Shown here: piece by piece, positions 49,063 through 61,092 of the stretch
Numbering within the stretch: the stretch's first letter is position 1
Layout of the letters: every line of letters starts with the position of its first letter
Assembly (NCBI RefSeq): GCF_004010195.1
Contig: NC_057745.1
Coordinates: 6,328,861 to 6,392,860, forward strand
DNA from: Chiloscyllium plagiosum
Lineage: Eukaryota
Direction: 5' to 3'
Length of the DNA stretch: 64,000 bases
Made by a program: the position numbers and the translations under genes
The notes under the pieces: generated by a model
What the model was told of the DNA's origin: nothing
The model's input: the letters and a program-made list of their open reading frames with translations, nothing else
Databases searched by the model: none

Positions 49063-51408
49063 ACAGTGCGGCGCTCCCTTGGCGCTGACCCTTCGACAGT
49101 GCTCGCTCCCTTGGCGCTGACCCTTCCACAGTATCCGCTTCCTTGGCGCTGACCCTCAGACAGTGCCTGCTCCCTCGGCGCTGACCCTCCGACAGTGCTC
49201 GCTCCCTCGGCGCTGACCCTCCGACAGTGCTCGCTCCCTCGGCGCTGACCCTCCGACAGTGCCCTCACCCTCGGGGCTGACCCTCCGACAGTGCCCGCTT
49301 CCTTGGCACTGACCCTTTGACAGTGCCCGTTCCCTCGGCAATTACCCTTCGACAGTGCCCGCTTCCTTGGCACTGACCCTTTGACAGAGCCCATTCCCTC
49401 GGCGCTGACCCTCCGACAGTGCCCGCTTCCTTGGCACTGACCCTTTGACAGAGCCCATTCCCTCGGCAATTACCCTCCGACAGTGCCCNNNNNNNNNNNN
49501 NNNNNNNNNNNNNNNNNNNNNNNNNNNNNNNNNNNNNNNNNNNNNNNNNNNNNNNNNNNNNNNNNNNNNNNNNNNNNNNNNNNNNNNNNNNNNNNNNNNN
49601 NNNNNNNNNNNNNNNNNNNNNNNNNNNNNNNNNNNNNNNNNNNNNNNNNNNNNNNNNNNNNNNNNNNNNNNNNNNNNNNNNNNNNNNNNNNNNNNNNNNN
49701 NNNNNNNNNNNNNNNNNNNNNNNNNNNNNNNNNNNNNNNNNNNNNNNNNNNNNNNNNNNNNNNNNNNNNNNNNNNNNNNNNNNNNNNNNNNNNNNNNNNN
49801 NNNNNNNNNNNNNNNNNNNNNNNNNNNNNNNNNNNNNNNNNNNNNNNNNNNNNNNNNNNNNNNNNNNNNNNNNNNNNNNNNNNNNNNNNNNNNNNNNNNN
49901 NNNNNNNNNNNNNNNNNNNNNNNNNNNNNNNNNNNNNNNNNNNNNNNNNNNNNNNNNNNNNNNNNNNNNNNNNNNNNNNNNNNNNNNNNNNNNNNNNNNN
50001 NNNNNNNNNNNNNNNNNNNNNNNNNNNNNNNNNNNNNNNNNNNNNNNNNNNNNNNNNNNNNNNNNNNNNNNNNNNNNNNNNNNGCGTTGGCCCTCCGACA
50101 GTGCCCGCTCCCTCGGCGCTGACCCTCCGACAGTGCTCGCTCCCTCGGTGCTGACCATCCGACAGTGCTCGCTCCCTCGGCGCTGACATGTCCGACAGTG
50201 CCCGCTTCCTTGGCACTGACCCTTTGACAGTGCCCATTCCCTCGGCAATTACCCTCCGACAGTGCCCGCGCCCACGGAACTGACCCTCCGACAGTGCCCG
50301 CTCCCTCGGCGCTGGCCCTCCGACAGTGCCCACTACCTCGGGGCTGAACCTCCGACAGTGCTGCTTCATTGGCACTGACCCTCCGACAGTGCTGCTTCAT
50401 TGGCACTGACCCTTTGATAGTGCCCAATCACTCGACGATTACCCTCTGACGGTGCCCTTGCCGCTGAGCCTCCAACAGTGCTCGCTCCCTCGGCGCTGAC
50501 CCTCCGACAGTGCCCGCTCCCTCGGCGCTGACCCTCCGACAGAGCCCGCTCCCTCGGCAATTACCCTCCGACAGTGCCCTCTCCCTTGGCGTTGATCCTC
50601 CGACAGTGCTCAGTCCCTCGGCGCTGACCCTCCGACAGTGCCCGCGCCCACGGAACTGACCCTCCGACAGTGCCCGCTCCCTCGGCGCTGGCCCTCCGAC
50701 AGTGCCCGCCCCCTCGGGGCTGACCCTCCGACAGTGCTGCTTCATTGGCAATGACCCTCCGACAGTGCTGCTTCATTGGCACTGACCCTTTGACAGTGCT
50801 CAATCACTCGACGATTACCCTCTGACGGTGCCCTCGCCGCTGAGCCTCCAACAGTGCTCGCACCCTCGGCGCTGACCCTCCGACAGTGCCTACGCCCTCA
50901 GAACTGACCCTCCGACAGTGCCCGCTCCCTCGGCACTGACCGAAGGTACCTGCTTCCCCGGCGCTGACCCTCCGACAGTGCCCGCTCCCTCGGAACTGAC
51001 CATCCGACAGTGCCCGCGCCCTCGGAACTGACCCTCCGACAGTGCCCACGCCCTCGGAACTGACCCTGACCGTTCCCTCGGCGCTGACCCTCCGACAGTG
51101 CCCGCTCCCTCGGCGCTGACCCTCCGACAGTGCCCGCTTCCTCGGCACTGATCCTTTGACAGTGCCCATTCCCTCGGCAATTACCCTCCGACAGTGCCCT
51201 CTCCCTTGGCGTTGACCCTCCGACAGTGCCCGCTCCCTCGGCGCTGACCCTCCGACAGTGCCCGCTCCCTCGGCGCTGACCCTCTGACAGTGCCCACTCC
51301 CTCGGCGCTGACCCTCCGACAGTGCCCGCTCCCTCGGCGCTGACCCTCCGACAGTGCCCGCTCCCTCAGCGCTGACCCTCTGACAGTGCAATGTTCCTTC
51401 TACACTGA
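49063..51408 (+). repeat. 32-bp CpG-rich minisatellite (CTGACCCTCCGACAGTGCCCGCTCCCTCGGCG)n in AEN intron 1; N gap at 49489-50083
   Basis: Period of 32 (e.g. CTGACCC at 51308 and 51340), with variant units and higher-order blocks. Confidence 0.95.
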
Positions 51409-51818
51409 CCAGGAGGAAGGTATTCAGCCTCTTCCATGATTTAATAAGACCCTGGTTAATCTGTGATCTGAATCCTTGGAACTGCCTAAAGCCCATGTCC
51501 CTTAAATCCCTTCTGGGAATAAAAAAGCCGTCTCATATTTTAAGTTAAATCCTGATGCTGCACCCAATGCCGTTTATGGAAGAGTTCCAAAGCTCTACCA
51601 CCCCCTGAATGGGGCACTGCTTCCCAACATGTGGGTTTACCCGATGGCCACGTCCCTCCCACCCTCCTCCTGAAGGGTCTGTCCCTCATCCCCAGACTCT
51701 GTTCTCCAGCAAATACTTTACTTCTCCCCAACCCCCCGTCTGTTGCTGATCTTTGATCAGGCCGCCCCATTAACTCTCTCCAGGGACCAGGCCTCGGTCT
51801 TTCCTCCCTGGGCCTTAC

Positions 51819-52020
51819 CCCGTCTCCCGGGGCACGGGCTCGAATGGTGAACCGTGAGGAGGCAGAGGCGTGAGCTGGCGGATCGCAGGCCCCAGGTCCC
51901 GCCGAGAGCCGGTGCCGGGCCCCGTGACACGCGCAGATCCCGCCGAGAGCCGGTGCCGGGCCCCGTGACTCGCGCAGATCCCGCCGCTCCACCCGAGCCG
52001 GCTCCGGCCACGTGCGTGCC
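51819..52020 (-). other. AEN: Candidate non-coding exon 1 of AEN within a CpG island
   Basis: CpG-dense segment ending at a minus-strand GGG|GTAAGG donor (51818-51813). The first coding exon has an upstream acceptor that needs such a partner. The 5' boundary is a guess. Confidence 0.55.
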
Positions 52021-52344
52021 AGGGCCCGCCCGCTCATTGGCTCATGGCTCCCCGATCGCCGATTGGTCCCTCCGGTGTACCGCCCGCTGATTGGCCACGG
52101 TGCCAAAGCTGGTGCCTGCTGATTGGTTACCCCTCAATACCGCTCCCTGTGATTGGTCGCTATGGCCCTCACTGTTGATGTACCTGAGGAGACTGTGAGG
52201 TCTGCAGAGAGTGTGGTGCTGGAGAAGCACAGCAGGTCAGGGCAGTGACCCAGGGGCATCTGAGACCCGCTCTCTGCCAATGAATGAGACCCTGCGCTGG
52301 GTGTTCCCTGATTGGCTGCGCTGAATATTCTGACACCTCATTGG
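52009..52344 (-). promoter_or_regulatory. AEN promoter: CCAAT-box array, GC boxes, E-box
   Basis: ATTGG (CCAAT on -) at 52036, 52062, 52090, 52122, 52152, 52311 and 52340. CCAAT on + at 52277. CACGTG at 52009-52014. CCGCCC at about 52026 and 52080. Adjacent to the CpG island. Confidence 0.7.
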
Positions 52345-52394
52345 CTGCTGGTCTGTGGATTTTCTTTCGTCACAGGATGCGGGTGTCAACCCCA

Positions 52395-52960
52395 CTATTT
52401 AGTACCCACCCCCTGAATTTGATACTCCACCACTCCGTATTTATTACGCACTCATGTATTTATTACTCAACCCCCAGTATCTATTCCCCAACCCTTGTAT
52501 TTATTACTCCACCCCCACATTTATTCCTCAACCCCTGTATTTATTACTCCACCCACAGTATTTATTCCCCAAGCTGTATTTATTACTCCACCCCCAGTAA
52601 TTCCCAACCTTTGTATTTATTACTCCACCCCCAGTATTTATTACCCACCCCTGCATTTATTACTCTACCCCAGGTTCTATTACCTACCCCCGCATTTATT
52701 AATCCACACCCAGTATTTATTACCCACCTACATTTATTACTCCATCCCAATACTTATTACCCACCCTCTTTATTGATTACCCCGCCCCAGTATATATTAC
52801 TTTATTCTCCATCCCCAGTATTTATTACTAATCCTCAGCATTTATTACCCATTCCCCACTCCATACCCAGTATTTATTACTCCATCCCCTGTAGTTATTA
52901 CTCTTCCAGTAAGTACTCATCCCCAATGTTTATTACTCCATTCCTGGTATTGATTACCCA
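52395..52960 (+). repeat. Degenerate ~21-bp minisatellite (CCCCAGTATTTATTACTCCAC)n
   Basis: Repeated TATTTATTAC cores alternating with C-runs. Confidence 0.85.
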
Positions 52961-53605
52961 GGGGCAGTTCGAGTTAACTACCTTGATGTGGGTCTGGAGT
53001 CAAGTGTTGGCCAGGTCAAGTAAGGATGCCAGATTTCCCAAAGCATATTAGTCAGCCATATAAGATTTTCTTGACAATGGTTTCACGGTCACCATTAGAT
53101 TCTTAATTCCAGATACTTTTTATTTAATCCAAATTACACATCCCGTGATGAGATTCGAACTCAGGACCCCCAGAATATTACGTAGATTAGTAGATTAATA
53201 GCCTTGCAACTATACCATCAAACCATTACTTCCCCATTGGATCATGGCTGATCCATGACCCAAATCCATATAGTTGTCTTTGGCCCATATCCCTTAACAC
53301 CTTTCTTCAGGAAAAAAAATTAAGTGCACAAAGGGGCAAGAGGGAATCCAAGTGGACCTGAACTGCACACAGTGCTGGAGGTCAAACAGAGGGTGGGGGC
53401 TGGCTTTTGGGGTCAGACAGGGAGCTGAGGGCAGGTTTGGGGTCAGGCCAGGAGTAGGGCCTGTAAAATTTTCTCAGTCAGTCCCTTTGAGGCCAAGAGA
53501 TGCACTCCAGATTTGTGAGTCATGGGGTGATTCACAGTGCAGTGCTGGGTGCGATGCTCGGATTTCCACATGCTCCCTCCAATATTTGTACTTGGCTGTG
53601 ACATG

Positions 53606-54445
53606 GGTTTCAGAGTCAAAGAGTGTGGTGCTGGAAAAGCACAGCCAGTCAGGCAGCATCCAAGGTGCAGGACAATCGACTTTTTGAGCATAAGCCCTTC
53701 ATCAGGAATGAGGCTTGTGAGCCGAAAAAGCTAAAAGATAAATGGGAGGGGGTGGGGCTGGGGGGAAGGTAGCTGGGAATGGGATAGGTAGATAAAGGTG
53801 GGGGTGAAGGTGATAGGTCAGAGCAGAGGGTGGAGGAGATAGGTGGGAAGGAAGATGGACAGGTAGGGCAGTTTCAAGAGAGCGGTACCGAGTTGGAAGG
53901 TTGCATCTGGAATAGGGTGGGGGGAGGGGAAGTGAGGAAACTGGTGAAATCCACATTGATCCCATGTGGTTGGAGGGTCCCAAGGGGGAAGATGAGGCAT
54001 TCTTCCTCCAGGCTTCAGGTGGTAAGGGTTTGGTGGTGGAGCAGTCCCAGGACTTGCATGTCCTTGGCGGAGTGGGAGGGAGAGTTAATGTGTTCGGCCA
54101 CAGGGCAGCGGGGTTGTTTAGTACGTTTGTCCCGGAGATGTTCTCTGAGAGATTCTGCAAGTTGGCGTCCTGTCTCCCTAATGTAGAGGAGACCACATTG
54201 CGACCAATGGACACAATAGATGATGTGTGTGGAGGTGCAAGAAAATCTCTGCCGAATGTGGAAAGATCCTTTGGGGGCCTTGGACAGAGGTAGCAGGGTG
54301 GGGTGTGGGCACAGGTTTTGCAATTCTTGTGGTTGTGGGGGAAGTTGCTAGGAGTAAAGGGTGGACCTAACGAGGTAGTTGCAGAGGGAATGGTCTCTCC
54401 GGGACACAGATAGGTGTGGGGAGGGAAGCATATCCCTGGTGGTGG
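53606..54445 (-). mobile_element. Penelope-like element 3' fragment (GIY-YIG + pLTR)
   Basis: NCKTCAH linker and FSCTSTHIIYCVHWSQCGLLYIRETGR..AE..REH. pLTR at about 53606-53710. Confidence 0.88.
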
Positions 54446-55329
54446 AGTCTTTTTGTAGGGCTTGTCATAATCATTGAAAACAGTCAGCACCTTTGACAAA
54501 GAGTCAGTTAGACTCAAAACGTCAGCTCTTTTCTCTCCTTACAGATGCTGCCAGACTTGCTGAGATTTTCCAGCATTTTCTCTTTTTTGGTTTCAGTTTC
54601 CAGCATCCGCAGAAATTTGCCTTTAGCACCTTTGTGCTGCTTCTGCTTCTGTAGTGAGAGATTCCCATGGAGATGCCACAGTTCAGTTCTGAAGAATGGT
54701 CATATCAGACTCATAACGTTAACTCTTATTTCAGTCTCAAATTCTCCAGGCCTGCTGAGTTTCTCCAGGATTTTCCATTTTTATTTCGGATTTCCAACTT
54801 TCTCAGTATTTTGCTCTTATTTAGTAGAGATGCTCATTTAAAGAGCTGGCGCAGGTGTAATGGGCTGAATGGCATCCTTCTGCAATGTAACAATTCAGTG
54901 ATTCAGTGAGAAAAACATCAAGCAGAGTGCAGCCTTCTGCATCAGAACTGCTGGTTGAAACTCTGTTAACAACGAATGCTACACCAAAAAAAGGTCTAAT
55001 TTTCAAGACCATAAGAAATAGGAACAGGAGTAGGCCATTCTGCCCATCGAGTCTGGTCCACCATTCAAGAGTACCATGGTTGACCCAACATTTCTCTCAC
55101 ATCCATCTTCCTGCTCTTTCCTCATAACCTTTGATTTCTCCTATTGACCTCTTGTCTTAACCGTTGACAGCTCTCTTTGGCAAGGAGCTCCAAAGACCTT
55201 CAACCCTCTAAGTGAAGAAATTCCTCCTCATCTCAGTCTCAAATTGGCATCTCTTAGTTATGAGACTATGCCCTCTGATCCTAGACTCTGCTATGAGGGA
55301 AAACATCCTCTCAGCACTCACCCTGTCAA

Positions 55330-56220
55330 TAGGATTTGCAAGGATGTTTCTGGGACTGGAGGTTTTGAGTTACAAGGAGAGGCTAGATAGACTGCCACTT
55401 CTTTCCCTGGAGCATAGGAGGTTGGGGAGGTTTGGAAAATGTGGTCGGCATAGACAAGTTGGATCGAAGGGTCTGTTTCAGTGTGACTCTATTTAAAATT
55501 CATTCTATTTCCCATAACAGAAGGAGTAGGCCATTTAATCCTTATAGAGGTCAGAAAATCATGGGGAGGGGCATTGATAAGGTGAATAGCAAAGATCTTT
55601 TTCCTAGGGTAGGGGAGTTCAAAACTAGAGGGCAGAATTTTAAGTGAGTGGAGAAAGATTTGTGGGCAACACAATGGCTCACAACACCAGGGACCTGGAT
55701 TTGATTCCCGCCTCAGCCAACTGTCTGTGTGGAGTTTGCACATTCTCTCCGTGTCTGTGTGGGTTTCCTCTGGGTGCTCTGGTTCCTCCCGTAGTCCAAA
55801 GATGTGCAGGCCAGGTGAATTAGCCATGCTAAATTGCCCATAATATTCAGGGATGTGTAGGTTAGGTGCATTAGTCAGGGGTAAATATAGGGAAGGGGAA
55901 TGGGTCCGGGTGGGTGACTCTTCAGAGGGTTGGTGTGGACTTGTTGGGCCAAATAGTCTGTTTCCCCACTGTAGGGATTCTATGATTTATAAAGGACCTG
56001 AGGGGCAACTTTTTCACACAGAGGGTGGTTCATACATGGAATGAACCGTCAGGAAGTGGTAGATGCAGATACAATTACAACATTTGGATGGGTACGTGAA
56101 TAGGAAAGGTTTAGAGGGCTATGGCCCAAATACATGCTAATGGGACTAGTTCAGTTTGGAAAATGTGGTCGGCATGGATGAGTTGGACCAAAGGGTCTGT
56201 TTCCGTGTGACTCTATTTAA
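55330..56220 (+). mobile_element. CR1/HER1-like LINE 3' fragment with a nested V-SINE (about 55665-55985)
   Basis: LSYKERLDRL.L.SLE.RRL and the CR1 tail, interrupted by an HE1-type SINE. Confidence 0.8.
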
Positions 56221-56629
56221 AATTTTCTCTATTTCCCATAACAAAAGGAGTAGGCTGTTCAATCCTTGAACATGTTCTGCTATTCAGTTGGATTTGTGTT
56301 GGCCTGTGTGTCAACCTCATTTACTGCAATTTGATTGGCATCTCTTGCCGCAGTAACCCAGGTACATTTCTATTTATTTCTCAAACGTCTGTGAGCCAAG
56401 CTTAAACCTAGATCATACAGAGCAGTGGGACATTAAAGAGTTTGGACACTAGATGTCATCATTGTATAGCTGGTGCTGTAGATTATCCAGTCTTTCACAT
56501 TCACGCCTTCCCATTCACACATTCTCCATCAATAACCACCCCCAAACACACACGCAAACATACTTAATATTTCTCATGCAGTCCCTTGCAGTCCTGATAT
56601 TACATTTCTGTCACCTGCCTGGCTACATA

Positions 56630-56755
56630 TAGCCTGATGAAGGGCTTTTGACTGAAACGTAGTTTCTCCTGCTCCTCAGATGCTGCCTGACCTGCTGTGC
56701 TTTTCCAGCAGCACGCTCTCGACTCTAATCTCCAGCATCTGCAGTCCTCACTTTC
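56630..56755 (+). mobile_element. Solo family A pLTR beginning at the hammerhead core, 13-bp TSD
   Basis: Starts CCTGATGAAGGGCTTTTGACTGAAACGT. TSD GCCTGGCTACATA at 56617-56629 and 56756-56768. Similar solo copies lie at about 1061-1167, 5890-5980, 33080-33190 and 57090-57170. Confidence 0.75.
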
Positions 56756-59452
56756 GCCTGGCTACATACTGAGTGCACATCGGGGTCCAATAAAAGCTTG
56801 AGGGGATGAAAACAGTTAGAAGAGGAGGTGATGCATGGAAATTAATGTACTGAATCACGCTGCAGCTCCATTTTAATGTATGCAAGATGAATCAGACTAT
56901 CATGCATCATTCGGAAGTTTTACTGGTTTTCTCTTCTACACTGGGAACTCATTTTTTCTGTGTCTGCCCCTGCCTGGCTGCATTTCATGCATTGGTCTGC
57001 AACATTTTTTTTAAACTGCAATCACAACAGCAACCTCAATTGAAATAGCACCTTTAATGCTGTACAGCAAAACGTCTGAAACAGCTGCCCAGGATGAAGA
57101 GCTTTTGCTCGAAATGTTGACTCTCTTGCTCCTTGGATGCTGCATGACCAGCTGTGCTTTTCCAGCACCACACTTGTTTGACCCAGGAGTGCTCTTGAAC
57201 AGCTTTCGACACTGCGTCACATACAGATATGTTAGGATAAGTGAGCAATAGTTTTGTTAAAGAGGCAGATTTTAAGGCACGCCTAAAAAGCAAAGACAGA
57301 TGTGGGTTTGTAAAAAGGTTTAGGAAGGGAAAGCCAAAGAGTTAAGGGCCTTGGACAATGCCCACCGATCGTCAAGGGATGGAAATTGGGGATGTGCAAG
57401 AGGTCAGAACTGGAGGAACTCAGACATCTCAGAGAGCTGTGGGAGAGAAGGAAATTCTAGAAACACGAAGGTGCAAAACCATGCAGGGATGTAAAAATGA
57501 GGATCCGATTTTTAAAATTGAGATATTGCCAAATCGGAAGTCAATGTAGGTCAGAGATCCCAGCCAGATTGGTACTTGAATGACACTTAGTGAATGTTAG
57601 ATTATAGGTGGCAGAGATTTGCACAAATAAAGTGGGATATCAACCAAGGGAGCGTATCTGGACAGATTAGACCAGGCTGATTTCGTACGATAAGGTTTCC
57701 TGTCCAAAAATATGGCTAAAATTATTTGTTAAGAAGAAACATAAAATTCCCCTGATTAATATTGGGGAGGCTGAAACATTGTTTTCAGTTCCTGCTGCAA
57801 AGTGCATTTCCTGATGATTAATCCCAACCGAGCTTTGGTGCGAGATTCAGCCTCTCAATTCACAATAAAAACAATAAAAAGCTGAAAAATACAACAGGTC
57901 AAGGAAATCTGTGAGGGGAAACAAGAGCCAATGTTTGAACTCTGAGATGGTCCCAGATGTGAAATATTAATTCAATTTGTCTCTCCAGATGCTGTATGAC
58001 CCACTGAGCTATTTTATTTTTGACTTCCTCAGTATGCCCACTTTGCAGGCATGATGGGCTGACAGGTTACCTCTTGCACTGTAATAACTGTGATGACAAA
58101 CACTACATAAATATTTTGCTCATCAACCTGTGGAGAGATATTATTACATACTTCTGGAACAGGTGGGACTTGAATTCAGGTACCCTGATGCAGGGGTTAC
58201 GACACTACCATTATGTCACAGAGCCCTCATTGTGAAAGACACCACATAAATTTCCTTCAAGGGCCTGAGGTTGAGTTGCCAATTGTGACAAATTTAGTAC
58301 AGAGTTGGTGGTCTTTCTGGGTCAGATGGCTCAGTTATCCACTGCCTTTGTTAACCTGAACTTGTTTTTTATCCCCTGCAGAATTCCAACATCAGAGGTA
58401 TCCCTTTCATCAGTACAGATTAAAAATATTTCCTGGTCTACACCCACCCCTGATTAAAAGTCTCACTTATTTTTCTCTAATCTTCTATAAATTGTCTGGA
58501 TGTTGACTTCTTAATTTAACCTTTGTGATGTATGATATTCTATAAAAAGCACGCAACACCTTTTAACACCAATAATGAGTTTTCCTTTGCTTTGTGAGTA
58601 ATAGGGTTGGGTACTTTTGTATGAAATATCACCACAGGTCTAATTGTAGATTGCTTTCAACTGTGTTGAAATAGTGTCTAATTACTGTTGTTTGGGATTC
58701 AGAGTAGATAGGAATGAAATTGCAGTGACTCATAAATTTAAAGTCTGGTGCTATGCATTTCGGGGGACCCTGGTGTTCAAGTGTAGTAGTTATCCATACT
58801 TACTGGTGAAATAAAGCAACTCACACCATCTTCCTTTTTCTGAATGGAAAATAAACATCTGAAATGAACAAACTATCCTTTTTGCACATTAACCATAACA
58901 TATTTAAGACAATTCTAAAATAAATGTTTTTCTTTATAAAAGTATAATTCAATCTTGCATTATAAAAATGAAATCAAAGTTCCAAAACAGTGCAGATCTC
59001 AGTGAAGAGAAATTAAAAATAACTGCTTAAAACAAACCGTAAGTTACAGTTTTAGATTCTGCTAAAGTGCTCTCTTTCTGGTGCCAAGCTTGAAGTCTGG
59101 AGCCTCAGATCCAGCAGTATGCAGACACCTGTTATCTACCTGTATTCCTGAAGCCTTTAATTCCCATTAAGATCTGCTGTTCTAAACACTCCAGTTTAAT
59201 AATTCAACATAGTTCTGAAGTATAGAGTCTCTGCTCCAGATTTGACTAGGCCATCCAAAAATATCTAAACCATGAAAACAAGAATGGATCATGAAGCATG
59301 GCCTTGGAATCCTAGATTGTGACTTGAACCTGGAGCTTCTGGGTCAGAGGCAGAATGCTATCCACTGCATCACAAGACCTCCACTAACATTAGATGTAGC
59401 TTCAGTTCAATGTCTCATCTGAAAAAAAAAACATGATCCCTTATGGAATGCT

Positions 59453-61092
59453 GGACCATCTCTGGCACCTCCCTCCCCTTCCTGGACCTCTCCATCTCCA
59501 TCAATGACGACCGACTTGACATTGACATTTTTTACAAACCCACCGACTCCCACAGCTACCTGGATTACACCTCTTCCCACCTTATCTCCTGCAAAAATGC
59601 TATCCCGTATTCCCAATTCCTCCGCCTCCGCCATATCTGCTCCCAGGAGGACCAGTTCCACCACAGAACACACCAGCTGGCCTCCTTCTTTAAAGACCGC
59701 AATTTCTCTTCCCATGTGGTTGAAGATGCCCTCCAACAGATCTCATCCACATCCCGCACTTTCGCCTTCAAACCCCACCCCTCCAACCGTAACAAGGACA
59801 GAACCCCCATGGTCCTCAACTTCCACTCCACCAACCTTCGCATAAACCGCATCATCTGCCGACATTTCCGCCACCTCCAAACGGACCCCATCACCAGGAT
59901 CACATTTCCCTCTCCATCCCTTTCCACTTTCTGCAAAGACCGTTCCCTCCATGACTACCTGGTCAGGTCCACGACCCCCAACAACCCACCATCCCTTCCT
60001 GGCACCTTCCCCTGCCACCGCAGGAATTGCAAAACCTGCGCCCACACCTCCTCCCTCACCTCCATCCAAAAGGAGTCTTCCAAATCCATCAAAGTTTCAC
60101 TTGCACATCCAACAATGTCATTTATTGTATCCATTGCTCCCGATACGGTCTCCTCTACATTGGGGAGACTGGATGCCTTCTCGCAGAGCGCTTTAGGGAA
60201 CATCTCCGGGACACCCGCAACAATCAACCCCACCACCTCATGGCCCAGCATTTTAACTCCCCCTTCCACTCTGCCGAGGACATGCAGGTCCTGGGCTTCC
60301 TCCACTGCCACTCCCTCACCACCCTGGAGGAAGAACGCCTCATCTTCCACCTAGGAACACTTCAACCCCAGGGCATCAATGTGGACTTCACCAGTTTCCT
60401 CATTTCCCCTCCCCCCACCTTACCCCAGTTCCAACCTTCCAGCTCAGCACCATCCTCATGACCTGTCCTNNNNNNNNNNNNNNNNNNNNNNNNNNNNNNN
60501 NNNNNNNNNNNNNNNNNNNNNNNNNNNNNNNNNNNNNNNNNNNNNNNNNNNNNNNNNNNNNNNNNNNNNNNNNNNNNNNNNNNNNNNNNNNNNNNNNNNN
60601 NNNNNNNNNNNNNNNNNNNNNNNNNNNNNNNNNNNNNNNNNNNNNNNNNNNNNNNNNNNNNNNNNNNNNNNNNNNNNNNNNNNNNNNNNNNNNNNNNNNN
60701 NNNNNNNNNNNNNNNNNNNNNNNNNNNNNNNNNNNNNNNNNNNNNNNNNNNNNNNNNNNNNNNNNNNNNNNNNNNNNNNNNNCCATCCTCATGACCTGTC
60801 CTACCTGCCTATCTTCCTTCCCACCTATCCACTCCACCCTCCTCTCTGACCTATTACCTTCATCCCCACCCCCATCCACCTATTGTACTCTTTGCAACCT
60901 TCTCCCCAGCCCCACCCCTCTCCTATATATTTCTCCAGCCCTGAGGCTCCCTCCCTTCATTCCTGATGAAGGGCATTTGCCCGAAATGTCAATTTTCCTG
61001 CTCCTCAGAAGCTGCCTGACCTGCTGTGCTTTTCCAGCGCCACTCTAATCTATACTCTGATTTCCAGCATCTGCAGTCTTCCCTTTTGCCTA
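59453..61092 (+). mobile_element. Penelope-like element (RT C-terminal part, Cys-rich linker, GIY-YIG, pLTR), frameshifted, contains an N gap
   Basis: LPFLD..FYKPTDSHSYLDY, then TFPCHRRNCKTCAH, a frameshift near 60070, and FTCTSNNVIYCIHCSRYGLLYIGETG. The Cys-rich RT-EN linker suggests the Neptune group (inference). Confidence 0.92.
60959..60994 (+). ncRNA. Minimal hammerhead motif in a Penelope pLTR (family A)
   Basis: AUUC-CUGAUGA-A-GGGC-AUUU-GCCC-GAAA-UGUC^-AAUU. The core is intact; stem I and stem III are weakened relative to the consensus GAAACGUC^GA seen in other copies. Confidence 0.55.

Noticed and set aside
50184-50193. p53 half-site-like TGACATGTCC in AEN intron 1 (also GCCCATGTCC near 51491)
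   Set aside because: Isolated, imperfect half-sites with no adjacent partner; one is a minisatellite variant.
49056-51496. Long overlapping ORFs (SEGQRRGSGHCRRVSAEGAGTVGG repeats) and a CRISPR-like periodic look
   Set aside because: These are translations of a 32-bp minisatellite and an N gap. Units are directly adjacent with no unique spacers, there are no cas genes, and the context is eukaryotic.
51540-52106. 188-aa GC-rich ORF and overlapping ORFs
   Set aside because: Stop-poor CpG island. The next AEN exon has an in-frame stop just before its ATG.
52284-53051. 255-aa ORF
   Set aside because: Translation of the low-complexity ~21-bp repeat; no recognisable domain.
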